Shown here one piece after another: positions 1 to 12,000 of a stretch of DNA of 64,000 nucleotides (the stretch's first letter is position 1; each line of letters opens with the position of its first letter). This DNA is from Eledone cirrhosa. Its lineage: Eukaryota. The position numbers and the translations under genes are program-made. The stretch spans positions 4,588,001 through 4,652,000 of the forward strand of contig OZ024740.1 in assembly GCA_964016885.1 (NCBI GenBank). Direction: 5' to 3'. The notes under the pieces were generated by a model, which was given only the letters and a program-made list of their open reading frames with translations, did not search any database and had not been told where the DNA came from.

Positions 1-3000
1 GTTAGATTGTTTCACTAGAGGGAACAGACCTGGTTGAGTGGGTTAGAAGGTTTCACTAGACGCAACAGAGCTGGTTGTGTGGGTTAGAAGGTTTCACTAG
101 AGGGAGCAGAGCTTGTTGTGTGGGTTCGAAGGTTTCACTAGAGGGAACAGAGCTGGTTGTGTGGGTTAGAAGGTTTCACTAGAGGGAACAGAGCTGGTTG
201 TGTGGGTTAGAAGGTTTCACTAGAGGGAACAGAGATGGTTGTGTGGGTTAGAAGGTTTCACTAGAGGGGGCAGAGCTGGTTGTGTGGGATAGAAGGTTTC
301 ACTAGAGGAAATAGAGCTGGTTGTGTAGGTTAGAAGGTTTCACTAGATGGAGCAGAGCTGGTTGTGTGGGTTAGAAGGTTTCACCAGAGGGAACAGAGCT
401 TATTGTATGGGTTAGAAGGTTTCACTAGACGCAACAGAGCTGGTTGTGTGGGTTAGAAGGTTTCACTAGAGGGAACAGAGCTGGTTGTGTGGGTTAGAAG
501 GTTTCAGTAGAGGGAACAGAGCTTGTTGTGTGGGTTAGAAGGTTTCACTAGAGGGAGCAGAGCTTGTTGTGTGGGTTAGAAGGTTTCACTAGAGGGAACA
601 GAGCTGGTTGTGTGGGTTAGAAGGTTTCACTAGAGGGAGCAGAGGATGTGGTGTGGGTTAGAAGGTTTCAATAGGGAGAACAGAGCTGGTTGTGTGGGTT
701 AGAAGGTTTCACTAGAGGGAACAGAGCTGGTTGTGTGGGTTAGAAGGTTTCACTAGAGGGAGCAGAGCTTGTTGTGTGGGTTAGAAGGTTTCACTAGAGG
801 GAACAGAGCTTGTTGTGTGGGTTAGAAGGTTTCACTAGAGGGAACAGAGCTGGTTGTGTGGGTTAGAAGGTTTCAATAGAGAGAACAGAGGTGGTGGTGT
901 GGGTTAGAAGGTTTCTCTAGAGGGAGCAGAGCTTGTTGTGTGGGTTAGAAGGTTTCACTAGAGGGAACAGAGCTGGTTGTGTGGGTTAGAAGGTTTCACT
1001 AGAGGGAGCAGAGCTTGTGGTGTGGGTTAGAAGGTTTCACTAGAGGGAGCAGAGCTTGTTGTGTGGTTTAGAAAGTTTCACTAGAGCGAGCAGAGCTTGT
1101 TGTGTGGGTTAGAAGGTTTCAATAGGGAGAACAGAGCTGGTTGTGTGGGTTAGAAGGTTTCACTAGAGGGAACAGAGCTGGTTGTGTGGGTTAGTAGGTT
1201 TCACTAGAGGGAACAGAGCTGGTTGTGTGGGTTAGAAGGTTTCACTAGAGGGAGCAGAGCTTGTTGTGTGGGTTAGAAGGTTTCACTAGAGGGAGCAGAG
1301 CTTGTTGTGTGGGTTAGAAGGTTTCACTAGAGGGAGCAGAGCTTGTTGTGTGGGTTCGAAGGTTTCACTAGAGGGAACAGAGCTGGTTGTGTGGGTTAGA
1401 AGGTTTCACTAGAGGGAACAGAGCTGGTTGTGTGGGTTAGAAGGTTTCACTAGAGGGAACAGAGATGGTTGTGTGGGTTAGAAGGTTTCACTAGAGGGGG
1501 CAGAGCTGGTTCTGTGGGATAGAAGGTTTCACTAGAGGGAACAGAGATGGTTGTGTGGGTTAGAAGGTTTCACTAGAGGGGGCAGAGCTGGTTGCGTGGG
1601 TTAGAAGGTTTCACTAGATGGAGCAGAGCTGGTTGTGTGGGTTAGAAGGTTTCACCAGAGGGAACAGAGCTTATTGTATGGGTTAGAAGGTTTCACTAGA
1701 GGGAACAGAGCTGGTTGTGTGGGTTAGAAGGTTTCACCAGAAGGAACAGGGCTGGTTGTGTGGGTTAGAAGGTTTCACTAGAGGGAACAGTGCCGGTATT
1801 GTGGGTTAGAAAGTTTCACTAGAGGGAGCAGAGCTTGTTGTGTGGGTTAGAAAGTTTCACTAGAGGGAGCAGAGCTTGTTGTGTGGGTTAGAAGGTTTCA
1901 CTAGAGGGAACAGAGCTGGTTGTGTGGGTTAGAAGGTTTCTCCAGAAGGAACAGAGCAGGTTGTGTGGGTTAGAAGGTTTCACTAGAGGGAACAGTGCCG
2001 GTATTGTGGCTTAGAAAGTTTCACTAGAGGGAGCAGAGCTTGTTGTGTGGGTTAGAAGGTTTCACTAGAGGGAGCAGAGCTTGTTGTGTGGGTTAGAAGG
2101 TTTCACTAGAGGGAACAGAGCTTGTTGTGTGGGTTAGATTGTTTCACTAGAGGGAACAGACCTGGTTGAGTGGGTTAGAAGGTTTCACTAGACGCAACAG
2201 AGCTGGTTGTGTGGGTTAGAAGGTTTCACTAGAGGGAGCAGAGCTTGTTGTGTGGGTTAGAAGGTTTCACTAGAGGGAACAGAGCTGGTTGTGTGGGTTA
2301 GAAGGTTTCACTAGAGGGAACAGAGATGGTTGTGTGGGTTAGAAGGTTTCACTAGAGGGGGCAGAGCTGGTTGTGTGGGATAGAAGGTTTCACTAGAGGG
2401 AACAGAGATGGATGTGTGGGTTAGAAGGTTTCACTAGAGGGGGCAGAGCTGGTTGTGTGGGATAGAAGGTTTCACTAGAGGAAATAGAGCTGGTTGTGTG
2501 GGTTAGAAGGTTTCACTAGATGGAGCAGAGCTGGTTGTGTGGGTTAGAAGGTTTCACCAGAGGGAACAGAGCTTATTGTATGGATTAGAAGGTTTCACTA
2601 GAGGGAACAGAGCTGGTTGTGTGGGTTAGAAGGTTTCACTAGAGGGAACAGAGCTGGTTGTGTGGGTTAGAAGGTTTCACTAGAGGGAACAGAGCTGGTT
2701 GTGTGGGTTAGAAGGTTTCACTAGAGGGAGCAGAGCTTGTTGTGTGGGTTAGAAGGTTTCACTAGAGGGAACAGAGCTTGTTGTGTGGGTTAGAAGGTTT
2801 CACTAGAGGGAACAGAGCTGGTTGTGTGGGTTAGAAGGTTTCAATAGAGAGAACAGAGGTGGTGGTGTGGGTTAGAAGGTTTCTCTAGAGGGAGCAGAGC
2901 TTGTTGTGTGGGTTAGAAGGTTTCACTAGAGGGAACAGAGCTGGTTGTGTGGGTTAGAAGGTTTCACTAGAGGGAGCAGAGCTTGTTGTGTGGGTTAGAA

Positions 3001-6000
3001 GGTTTCACTAGAGGGAGCAGAGCTTGTTGTGTGGTTTAGAATGTTTCACTAGAGGGAGCAGAGCTTGTTGTGTGGGTTAGAAGGTTTCAATAGGGAGAAC
3101 AGAGCTGGTTGTGTGGGTTAGAAGGTTTCACTAGAGGGAACAGAGCTGGTTGTGTGGGTTAGAAGGTTTCACTAGAGGGAACAGAGCTGGTTGTGTGGGT
3201 TAGAAGGTTTCAGTAGAGGGAACAGAGCTTGTTGTGTGGGTTAGAAGGTTTCAATAGAGAGAACAGAGCTGGTTGTGTGGGTTAGAAGGTTTCACTAGAG
3301 GGAACAGAGCTGGTTGTGTGGGTTAGAAGGTTTCACTAGAGGGAACAGAGATGGTTGTGTGGGTTAGAAGGTTTCACTAGAGGGAACAGAGATGGATGTG
3401 TGGGTTAGAAGGTTTCACTAGAGGGGGCAGAGCTGGTTGTGTGGGATAGAAGGTTTCACTAGAGGAAATAGAGCTGGTTGTGTGGGTTAGAAGGTTTCAC
3501 TAGATGGAGCAGAGCTGGTTGTGTGGGTTAGAAGGTTTCACCAGAGGGAACAGAGCTTATTGTATGGGTTAGAAGGTTTCACTAGAGGGAACAGAGCTGG
3601 TTGTGTGGGTTAGAAGGTTTCACTAGAGGGAACAGAGCTGGTTGTGTGGGTTAGAAGGTTTCAGTAGAGGGAACAGAGCTTGTTGTGTGGGTTAGAAGGT
3701 TTCAATAGAGAGAACAGAGCTGGTTGTGTGGGTTAGAAGGTTTCACTAGAGGGAACAGAGCTGGTTGTGTGGGTTAGAAGGTTTCACTAGAGGGAGCAGA
3801 GCTTGTTGTGTGGGTTAGAAGGTTTCACTAGAGGGAACAGAGCTTGTTGTGTGGGTTAGAAGGTTTCACTAGAGGGAACAGAGCTGGTTGTGTGGGTTAG
3901 AAGGTTTCAATAGAGAGAACAGAGGTGGTGGTGTGGGTTAGAAGGTTTCTCTAGAGGGAGCAGAGCTTGTTGTGTGGGTTAGAAGGTTTCACTAGAGGGA
4001 ACAGAGCTGGTTGTGTGGGTTAGAAGGTTTCACTAGAGGGAGCAGAGCTTGTTGTGTGGGTTAGAAGGTTTCACTAGAGGGAGCAGAGCTTGTTGTGTGG
4101 TTTAGAATGTTTCACTAGAGGGAGCAGAGCTTGTTGTGTGGGTTAGAAGGTTTCAATAGGGAGAACAGAGCTGGTTGTGTGGGTTAGAAGGTTTCACTAG
4201 AGGGAACAGAGCTGGTTGTGTGGGTTAGAAGGTTTCACTAGAGGGAACAGAGCTTGTTGTGTGGGTTAGAAGGTTTCAATAGAGAGAACAGAGCTGGTTG
4301 TGTGGGTTAGAAGGTTTCACTAGAGGGAACAGAGCTGGTTGTGGGGGTTAGAAGGTTTCACTAGGGGGAACAGAGCTGGTTGTGTGGGTTAGAAGGTTTC
4401 ACTAGAGGGAACAGAGTTGGTTGTGTGGGTTAGAAGGTTTCACTAGAGGGAGCAGAGCTTGTTGTGTGGGTTAGAAGGTTTCACTAGAGGGACAAGAGCT
4501 GGTTGTGTGTGTTGGAAGGTTTCACTAGAGGGAATAGAGCTGGTTGTGTGGGTTAGAAGGTTTCACTAGAAGGAGCAGAGCTGGTTGTGTGGGTTGGAAG
4601 GTTTCACTAGAGGGAACAGAGCTGGTTGTGTGGGTTGGAAGGTTTCACTAGAGGGAACAGACCTGGTTGTGTGGGTTAGAAGGTTTCACTAGAGGGAACA
4701 GACCTGGTTGTGTGGGTTAGAAGGTTTCACTAGAGGGAACAGAGATGGTTGTGTGGGTTAGAAGGTTTCACTAGAGGGAACAGAGCTGGTTGTGTGGGTT
4801 AGAAGGTTTCAATAGAGGGAACAGAGCTGGTTGTGTGGGTTAGAAGGTTTCACTAGAGGGAACAGAGCTGGTTGTGTGGCTTAGAAGGTTTCACTAGTGG
4901 GAACAGAGATGGTTGTGTGGGTTAGAAGGTTTCACTAGAGGAGGCAGAGCTGGTTGTGTGGGATAGAAGGTTTCACTAGAGGGAATAGAGCTGGTTGTGT
5001 GGGTTAGAAGGTTTCAATAGAGGGAACTGGTTGTGTTGGTTAGAGGTTTCACTAGAGGGAGCAGAGCTGGTTGTGTGGGTTAGGTTTCACTAGAGGGAAC
5101 AGCTGGTTGTGTGGGTTAGAAGGTTTCACTAGATGGAGCAGAGCTGGTTGTGTGGGTTAGAAGGTTTCACCAGAGGGAACAGAGCTTATTGTATGGGTTA
5201 GAAGGTTTCACTGGAGGGAACAGAGCTGGTTGTGTGGGTTAGAACGTTTCACTAGAGGGAGCAGAGCTGGTTGTGGGGGTTAGAAGGTTTCACTAGGGGG
5301 ACAGAGCTGGTTGTGTGGGTTAGAAGGTTTCACTAGAGGGTGCAGAGCTTGTTGTGTGGGTTAGAAGGTTTCACTAGAGGGAACAGAGCTTGTTGTGTGG
5401 GTTAGAAGGTTTCACTAGAGGGAACAGAGCTGGTTGTGTGGGTTAGAAGTTTTCACTAGAGGCAACAGAGCTGGTTGTGTGGGTTAGAAGGTTTCGCTAG
5501 AGGGAGCAGAGCTGGTTGTGTGGGTTAGAAGGTTTCACTAGAGGGAACAGAGCTTGTTGCATAGGTTAGAAGGTTTCACTAGAGGGAACAGAGCTGGTTG
5601 TGTGGGTTAGAAGGTTTCACTAGAGGGAACAGAGCTTGATGTGTGGGTTAGAAGGTTTCACTAGAGGGAACAGAGCTGGTTGTGTGGGTTAGAACGTTTC
5701 ACTAGAGAGAGCAGAGCTTGTTGTGTGGGTTAGAAGGTTTCTATATATAACTAGAGGGAACAGAGCTGGTTGTGCGGGTTAGAAGATTTCACTAGAGGGA
5801 TCAGTGCTGTTTGTGTGGGTTAGAAGGTTTCACTAAAGGGAACAGAGCTGGTTGTGTGGGTTAGAAGGTTTCACCAGAGGAAACAGATCTGGTTGTGTGG
5901 GTTAGAAGGTTTAACTAGAGGGAACAGTGCTGGTATTGTGGGTTAGAAAGTTTCACTAGAGGGAGCAGAGCTTGTTGTGTGGGTTAGAAGGTTTCTATAT

Positions 6001-9000
6001 ATAACTAGATGGAACAGAGCTGGTTGTGTGGGATAGAAGATTTCACTAGAGGGAGCAGTGCTGTTTGTGTGGGTTAGAAGGTTTCACTAGAAGGAGCAGT
6101 GCTGGTTGTATGGTTAGAAGTTTTCACTAGAGGGAATAGAGCTGGTTGTGTGGGTTAGAAGGTTTCACTAGAGGGAGCAGAGCTTGTTGTGTGGGTTAGA
6201 AGGTTTCAATAGAGAGAACAGAGGTGGTGGTGTGGGTTAGAAGGTTTCACTAGAGGGAGCAGAGCTTGTTGTGTGGGTTAGAAGGTTTCACTAGAGGGAA
6301 CAGAGCTGGTTGTGTGGGTTAGAAGGTTTCACCAGAAGGAACAGAGCTGGTTGTGTGGGTTAGAAGGTTTCACTAGAGGAAACAGTGCCGGTATTGTGGG
6401 TTAGAAAGTTTCACTAGAGGGAGCAGAGCTTGTTGTGTGGGTTAGAAGGTTTCACTAGAGGGAGCAGAGCTTGTTGTGTGGGTTAGAAGGTTTCACTAGA
6501 AGGAACAGAGCTTGTTGTGTGGGTTAGATTGTTTCACTAGAGGGAACAGACCTGGTTGAGTGGGTTAGAAGGTTTCACTAGACGCAACAGAGCTGGTTGT
6601 GTGGGTTAGAAGGTTTCACTAGAGGGAGCAGAGCTTGTTGTGTGGGTTAGAAGGTTTCACTAGAGGGAACAGAGCTGGTTGTGTGGGTTAGAAGGTTTCA
6701 CCAGAAGGAACAGAGCTGGTTGTGTGGGTTAGAAGGTTTCACTAGAGGGAACAGTGCCGGTATTGTGGGTTAGAAAGTTTCACTAGAGGGAGCAGAGCTT
6801 GTTGTGTGGGTTAGAAGGTTTCACTAGAGGGAGCAGAGCTTGTTGTGTGGGTTAGAAGGTTTCACTAGAGGGAACAGAGCTTGTTGTGTGGGTTAGATTG
6901 TTTCACTAGAGGGAACAGACCTGGTTGAGTGGGTTAGAAGGTTTCACTAGACGCAACAGAGCTGGTTGTGTGGGTTAGAAGGTTTCACTAGAGGGAGCAG
7001 AGCTTGTTGTGTGGGTTCGAAGGTTTCACTAGAGGGAACAGAGCTGGTTGTGTGGGTTAGAAGGTTTCACTAGAGGGAACAGAGCTGGTTGTGTGGGTTA
7101 GAAGGTTTCACTAGAGGGAACAGAGATGGTTGTGTGGGTTAGAAGGTTTCACTAGAGGGGGCAGAGCTGGTTGTGTGGGATAGAAGGTTTCACTAGAGGA
7201 AATAGAGCTGGTTGTGTAGGTTAGAAGGTTTCACTAGATGGAGCAGAGCTGGTTGTGTGGGTTAGAAGGTTTCACCAGAGGGAACAGAGCTTATTGTATG
7301 GGTTAGAAGGTTTCACTAGACGCAACAGAGCTGGTTGTGTGGGTTAGAAGGTTTCACTAGAGGGAACAGAGCTGGTTGTGTGGGTTAGAAGGTTTCAGTA
7401 GAGGGAACAGAGCTTGTTGTGTGGGTTAGAAGGTTTCACTAGAGGGAGCAGAGCTTGTTGTGTGGGTTAGAAGGTTTCACTAGAGGGAACAGAGCTGGTT
7501 GTGTGGGTTAGAAGGTTTCACTAGAGGGAGCAGAGGATGTGGTGTGGGTTAGAAGGTTTCACTAGAGGGAGCAGAGCTTGTTGTGTGGTTTAGAAAGTTT
7601 CACTAGAGGGAGCAGAGCTTGTTGTGTGGGTTAGAAGGTTTCAATAGGGAGAACAGAGCTGGTTGTGTGGGTTAGAAGGTTTCACTAGAGGGAACAGAGC
7701 TGGTTGTGTGGGTTAGAAGGTTTCACTAGAGGGAGCAGAGCTTGTTGTGTGGGTTAGAAGGTTTCACTAGAGGGAACAGAGCTTGTTGTGTGGGTTAGAA
7801 GGTTTCACTAGAGGGAACAGAGCTGGTTGTGTGGGTTAGAAGGTTTCAATAGAGAGAACAGAGGTGGTGGTGTGGGTTAGAAGGTTTCTCTAGAGGGAGC
7901 AGAGCTTGTTGTGTGGGTTAGAAGGTTTCACTAGAGGGAACAGAGCTGGTTGTGTGGGTTAGAAGGTTTCACTAGAGGGAGCAGAGCTTGTGGTGTGGGT
8001 TAGAAGGTTTCACTAGAGGGAGCAGAGCTTGTTGTGTGGTTTAGAAAGTTTCACTAGAGCGAGCAGAGCTGGTTGTGTGGGTTAGAAGGTTTCACTAGAG
8101 GGAACAGAGCTGGTTGTGTGGGTTAGAAGGTTTCAATAGGGAGAACAGAGCTGGTTGTGTGGGTTAGAAGGTTTCACTAGAGGGAACAGAGCTGGTTGTG
8201 TGGGTTAGTAGGTTTCACTAGAGGGAACAGAGCTGGTTGTGTGGGTTAGAAGGTTTCAGTAGAGGGAACAGAGCTTGTTGTGTGGGTTAGAAGGTTTCAA
8301 TAGAGAGAACAGAGCTGGTTGTGTGGGTTAGAAGGTTTCACTAGAGGGAACAGAGCTGGTTGTGGGGGTTAGAAGGTTTCACTAGGGGGAACAGAGCTGG
8401 TTGTGTGGGTTAGAAGGTTTCACTAGAGGGAACAGAGCTGGTTGTGTGGGTTAGAAGGTTTCACTAGAGGGAGCAGAGCTTGTTGTGTGGGTTAGAAGGT
8501 TTCACTAGAGGGAGCAGAGCTTGTTGTGTGGGTTAGAAGGTTTCACTAGAGGGAGCAGAGCTTGTTGTGTGGGTTCGAAGGTTTCACTAGAGGGAACAGA
8601 GCTGGTTGTGTGGGTTAGAAGGTTTCACTAGAGGGAACAGAGCTGGTTGTGTGGGTTAGAAGGTTTCACTAGAGGGAACAGAGATGGTTGTGTGGGTTAG
8701 AAGGTTTCACTAGAGGGGGCAGAGCTGGTTCTGTGGGATAGAAGGTTTCACTAGAGGGAACAGAGATGGTTGTGTGGGTTAGAAGGTTTCACTAGAGGGG
8801 GCAGAGCTGGTTGTGTGGGATAGAAGGTTTCACTAGAGGAAATAGAGCTGGTTGCGTGGGTTAGAAGGTTTCACTAGATGGAGCAGAGCTGGTTGTGTGG
8901 GTTAGAAGGTTTCACCAGAGGGAACAGAGCTTATTGTATGGGTTAGAAGGTTTCACTAGAGGGAACAGAGCTGGTTGTGTGGGTTAGAAGGTTTCACCAG

Positions 9001-12000
9001 AAGGAACAGAGCTGGTTGTGTGTGTTAGAAGGTTTCACTAGAGGGAACAGTGCCGGTATTGTGGGTTAGAAAGTTTCACTAGAGGGAGCAGAGCTTGTTG
9101 TGTGGGTTAGAAGGTTTCACTAGAGGGAGCAGAGCTTGTTGTGTGGGTTAGAAGGTTTCACTAGAGGGAACAGAGCTGGTTGTGTGGGTTAGAAGGTTTC
9201 TCCAGAAGGAACAGAGCAGGTTGTGTGGGTTAGAAGGTTTCACTAGAGGGAACAGTGCCGGTATTGTGGGATAGAAAGTTTCACTAGAGGGAGCAGAGCT
9301 TGTTGTGTGGGTTAGAAGGTTTCACTAGAGGGAGCAGAGCTTGTTGTGTGGGTTAGAAGGTTTCACTAGAGGGAACAGAGCTTGTTGTGTGGGTTAGATT
9401 GTTTCACTAGAGGGAACAGACCTGGTTGAGTGGGTTAGAAGGTTTCACTAGACGCAACAGAGCTGGTTGTGTGGGTTAGAAGGTTTCACTAGAGGGAGCA
9501 GAGCTTGTTGTGTGGGTTAGAAGGTTTCACTAGAGGGAACAGAGCTGGTTGTGTGGGTTAGAAGGTTTCACTAGAGGGAACAGAGATGGTTGTGTGGGTT
9601 AGAAGGTTTCACTAGAGGGGGCAGAGCTGGTTGTGTGGGATAGAAGGTTTCACTAGAGGGAACAGAGATGGATGTGTGGGTTAGAAGGTTTCACTAGAGG
9701 GGGCAGAGCTGGTTGTGTGGGATAGAAGGTTTCACTAGAGGAAATAGAGCTGGTTGTGTGGGTTAGAAGGTTTCACTAGATGGAGCAGAGCTGGTTGTGT
9801 GGGTTAGAAGGTTTCACCAGAGGGAACAGAGCTTATTGTATGGGTTAGAAGGTTTCACTAGAGGGAACAGAGCTGGTTGTGTGGGTTAGAAGGTTTCACT
9901 AGAGGGAACAGAGCTGGTTGTGTGGGTTAGAAGGTTTCACTAGAGGGAACAGAGCTGGTTGTGTGGGTTAGAAGGTTTCACTAGAGGGAGCAGAGCTTGT
10001 TGTGTGGGTTAGAAGGTTTCACTAGAGGGAACAGAGCTTGTTGTGTGGGTTAGAAGGTTTCACTAGAGGGAACAGAGCTGGTTGTGTGGGTTAGAAGGTT
10101 TCAATAGAGAGAACAGAGGTGGTGGTGTGGGTTAGAAGGTTTCTCTAGAGGGAGCAGAGCTTGTTGTGTGGGTTAGAAGGTTTCACTAGAGGGAACAGAG
10201 CTGGTTGTGTGGGTTAGAAGGTTTCACTAGAGGGAACAGAGCTGGTTGTGTGGGTTAGAAGGTTTCAATAGAGAGAACAGAGGTGGTGGTGTGGGTTAGA
10301 AGGTTTCTCTAGAGGGAGCAGAGCTTGTTGTGTGGGTTAGAAGGTTTCACTAGAGGGAACAGAGCTGGTTGTGTGGGTTAGAAGGTTTCACTAGAGGGAG
10401 CAGAGCTTGTGGTGTGGGTTAGAAGGTTTCACTAGAGGGAGCAGAGCTTGTTGTGTGGGTTAGAAGGTTTCACTAGAGGGAGCAGAGCTTGTTGTGTGGT
10501 TTAGAATGTTTCACTAGAGGGAGCAGAGCTTGTTGTGTGGGTTAGAAGGTTTCAATAGGGAGAACAGAGCTGGTTGTGTGGGTTAGAAGGTTTCACTAGA
10601 GGGAACAGAGCTGGTTGTGTGGGTTAGAAGGTTTCACTAGAGGGAACAGAGCTGGTTGTGTGGGTTAGAAGGTTTCAGTAGAGGGAACAGAGCTTGTTGT
10701 GTGGGTTAGAAGGTTTCAATAGAGAGAACAGAGCTGGTTGTGTGGGTTAGAAGGTTTCACTAGAGGGAACAGAGCTGGTTGTGTGGGTTAGAAGGTTTCA
10801 CTAGAGGGAACAGAGATGGTTGTGTGGGTTAGAAGGTTTCACTAGAGGGGGCAGAGCTGGTTGTGTGGGATAGAAGGTTTCACTAGAGGGAACAGAGATG
10901 GATGTGTGGGTTAGAAGGTTTCACTAGAGGGGGCAGAGCTGGTTGTGTGGGATAGAAGGTTTCACTAGAGGAAATAGAGCTGGTTGTGTGGGTTAGAAGG
11001 TTTCACTAGATGGAGCAGAGCTGGTTGTGTGGGTTAGAAGGTTTCACCAGAGGGAACAGAGCTTATTGTATGGGTTAGAAGGTTTCACTAGAGGGAACAG
11101 AGCTGGTTGTGTGGGTTAGAAGGTTTCACTAGAGGGAACAGAGCTGGTTGTGTGGGTTAGAAGGTTTCAGTAGAGGGAACAGAGCTTGTTGTGTGGGTTA
11201 GAAGGTTTCAATAGAGAGAACAGAGCTGGTTGTGTGGGTTAGAAGGTTTCACTAGAGGGAACAGAGCTGGTTGTGTGGGTTAGAAGGTTTCACTAGAGGG
11301 AACAGAGCTGGTTGTGTGGGTTAGAAGGTTTCACTAGAGGGAGCAGAGCTTGTTGTGTGGGTTAGAAGGTTTCACTAGAGGGAGCAGAGCTTGTTGTGTG
11401 GTTTAGAATGTTTCACTAGAGGGAGCAGAGCTTGTTGTGTGGGTTAGAAGGTTTCAATAGGGAGAACAGAGCTGGTTGTGTGGGTTAGAAGGTTTCACTA
11501 GAGGGAACAGAGCTGGTTGTGTGGGTTAGAAGGTTTCACTAGAGGGAACAGAGCTGGTTGTGTGGGTTAGAAGGTTTCAGTAGAGGGAACAGAGCTTGTT
11601 GTGTGGGTTAGAAGGTTTCAATAGAGAGAACAGAGCTGGTTGTGTGGGTTAGAAGGTTTCACTAGAGGGAACAGAGCTGGTTGTGGGGGTTAGAAGGTTT
11701 CACTAGGGGGAACAGAGCTGGTTGTGTGGGTTAGAAGGTTTCACTAGAGGGAACAGAGCTGGTTGTGTGGGTTAGAAGGTTTCACTAGAGGGAGCAGAGC
11801 TTGTTGTGTGGGTTAGAAGGTTTCACTAGAGGGACAAGAGCTGGTTGTGTGTGTTGGAAGGTTTCACTAGAGGGAATAGAGCTGGTTGTGTGGGTTAGAA
11901 GGTTTCACTAGAAGGAGCAGAGCTGGTTGTGTGGGTTGGAAGGTTTCACTAGAGGGAACAGAGCTGGTTGTGTGGGTTGGAAGGTTTCACTAGAGGGAAC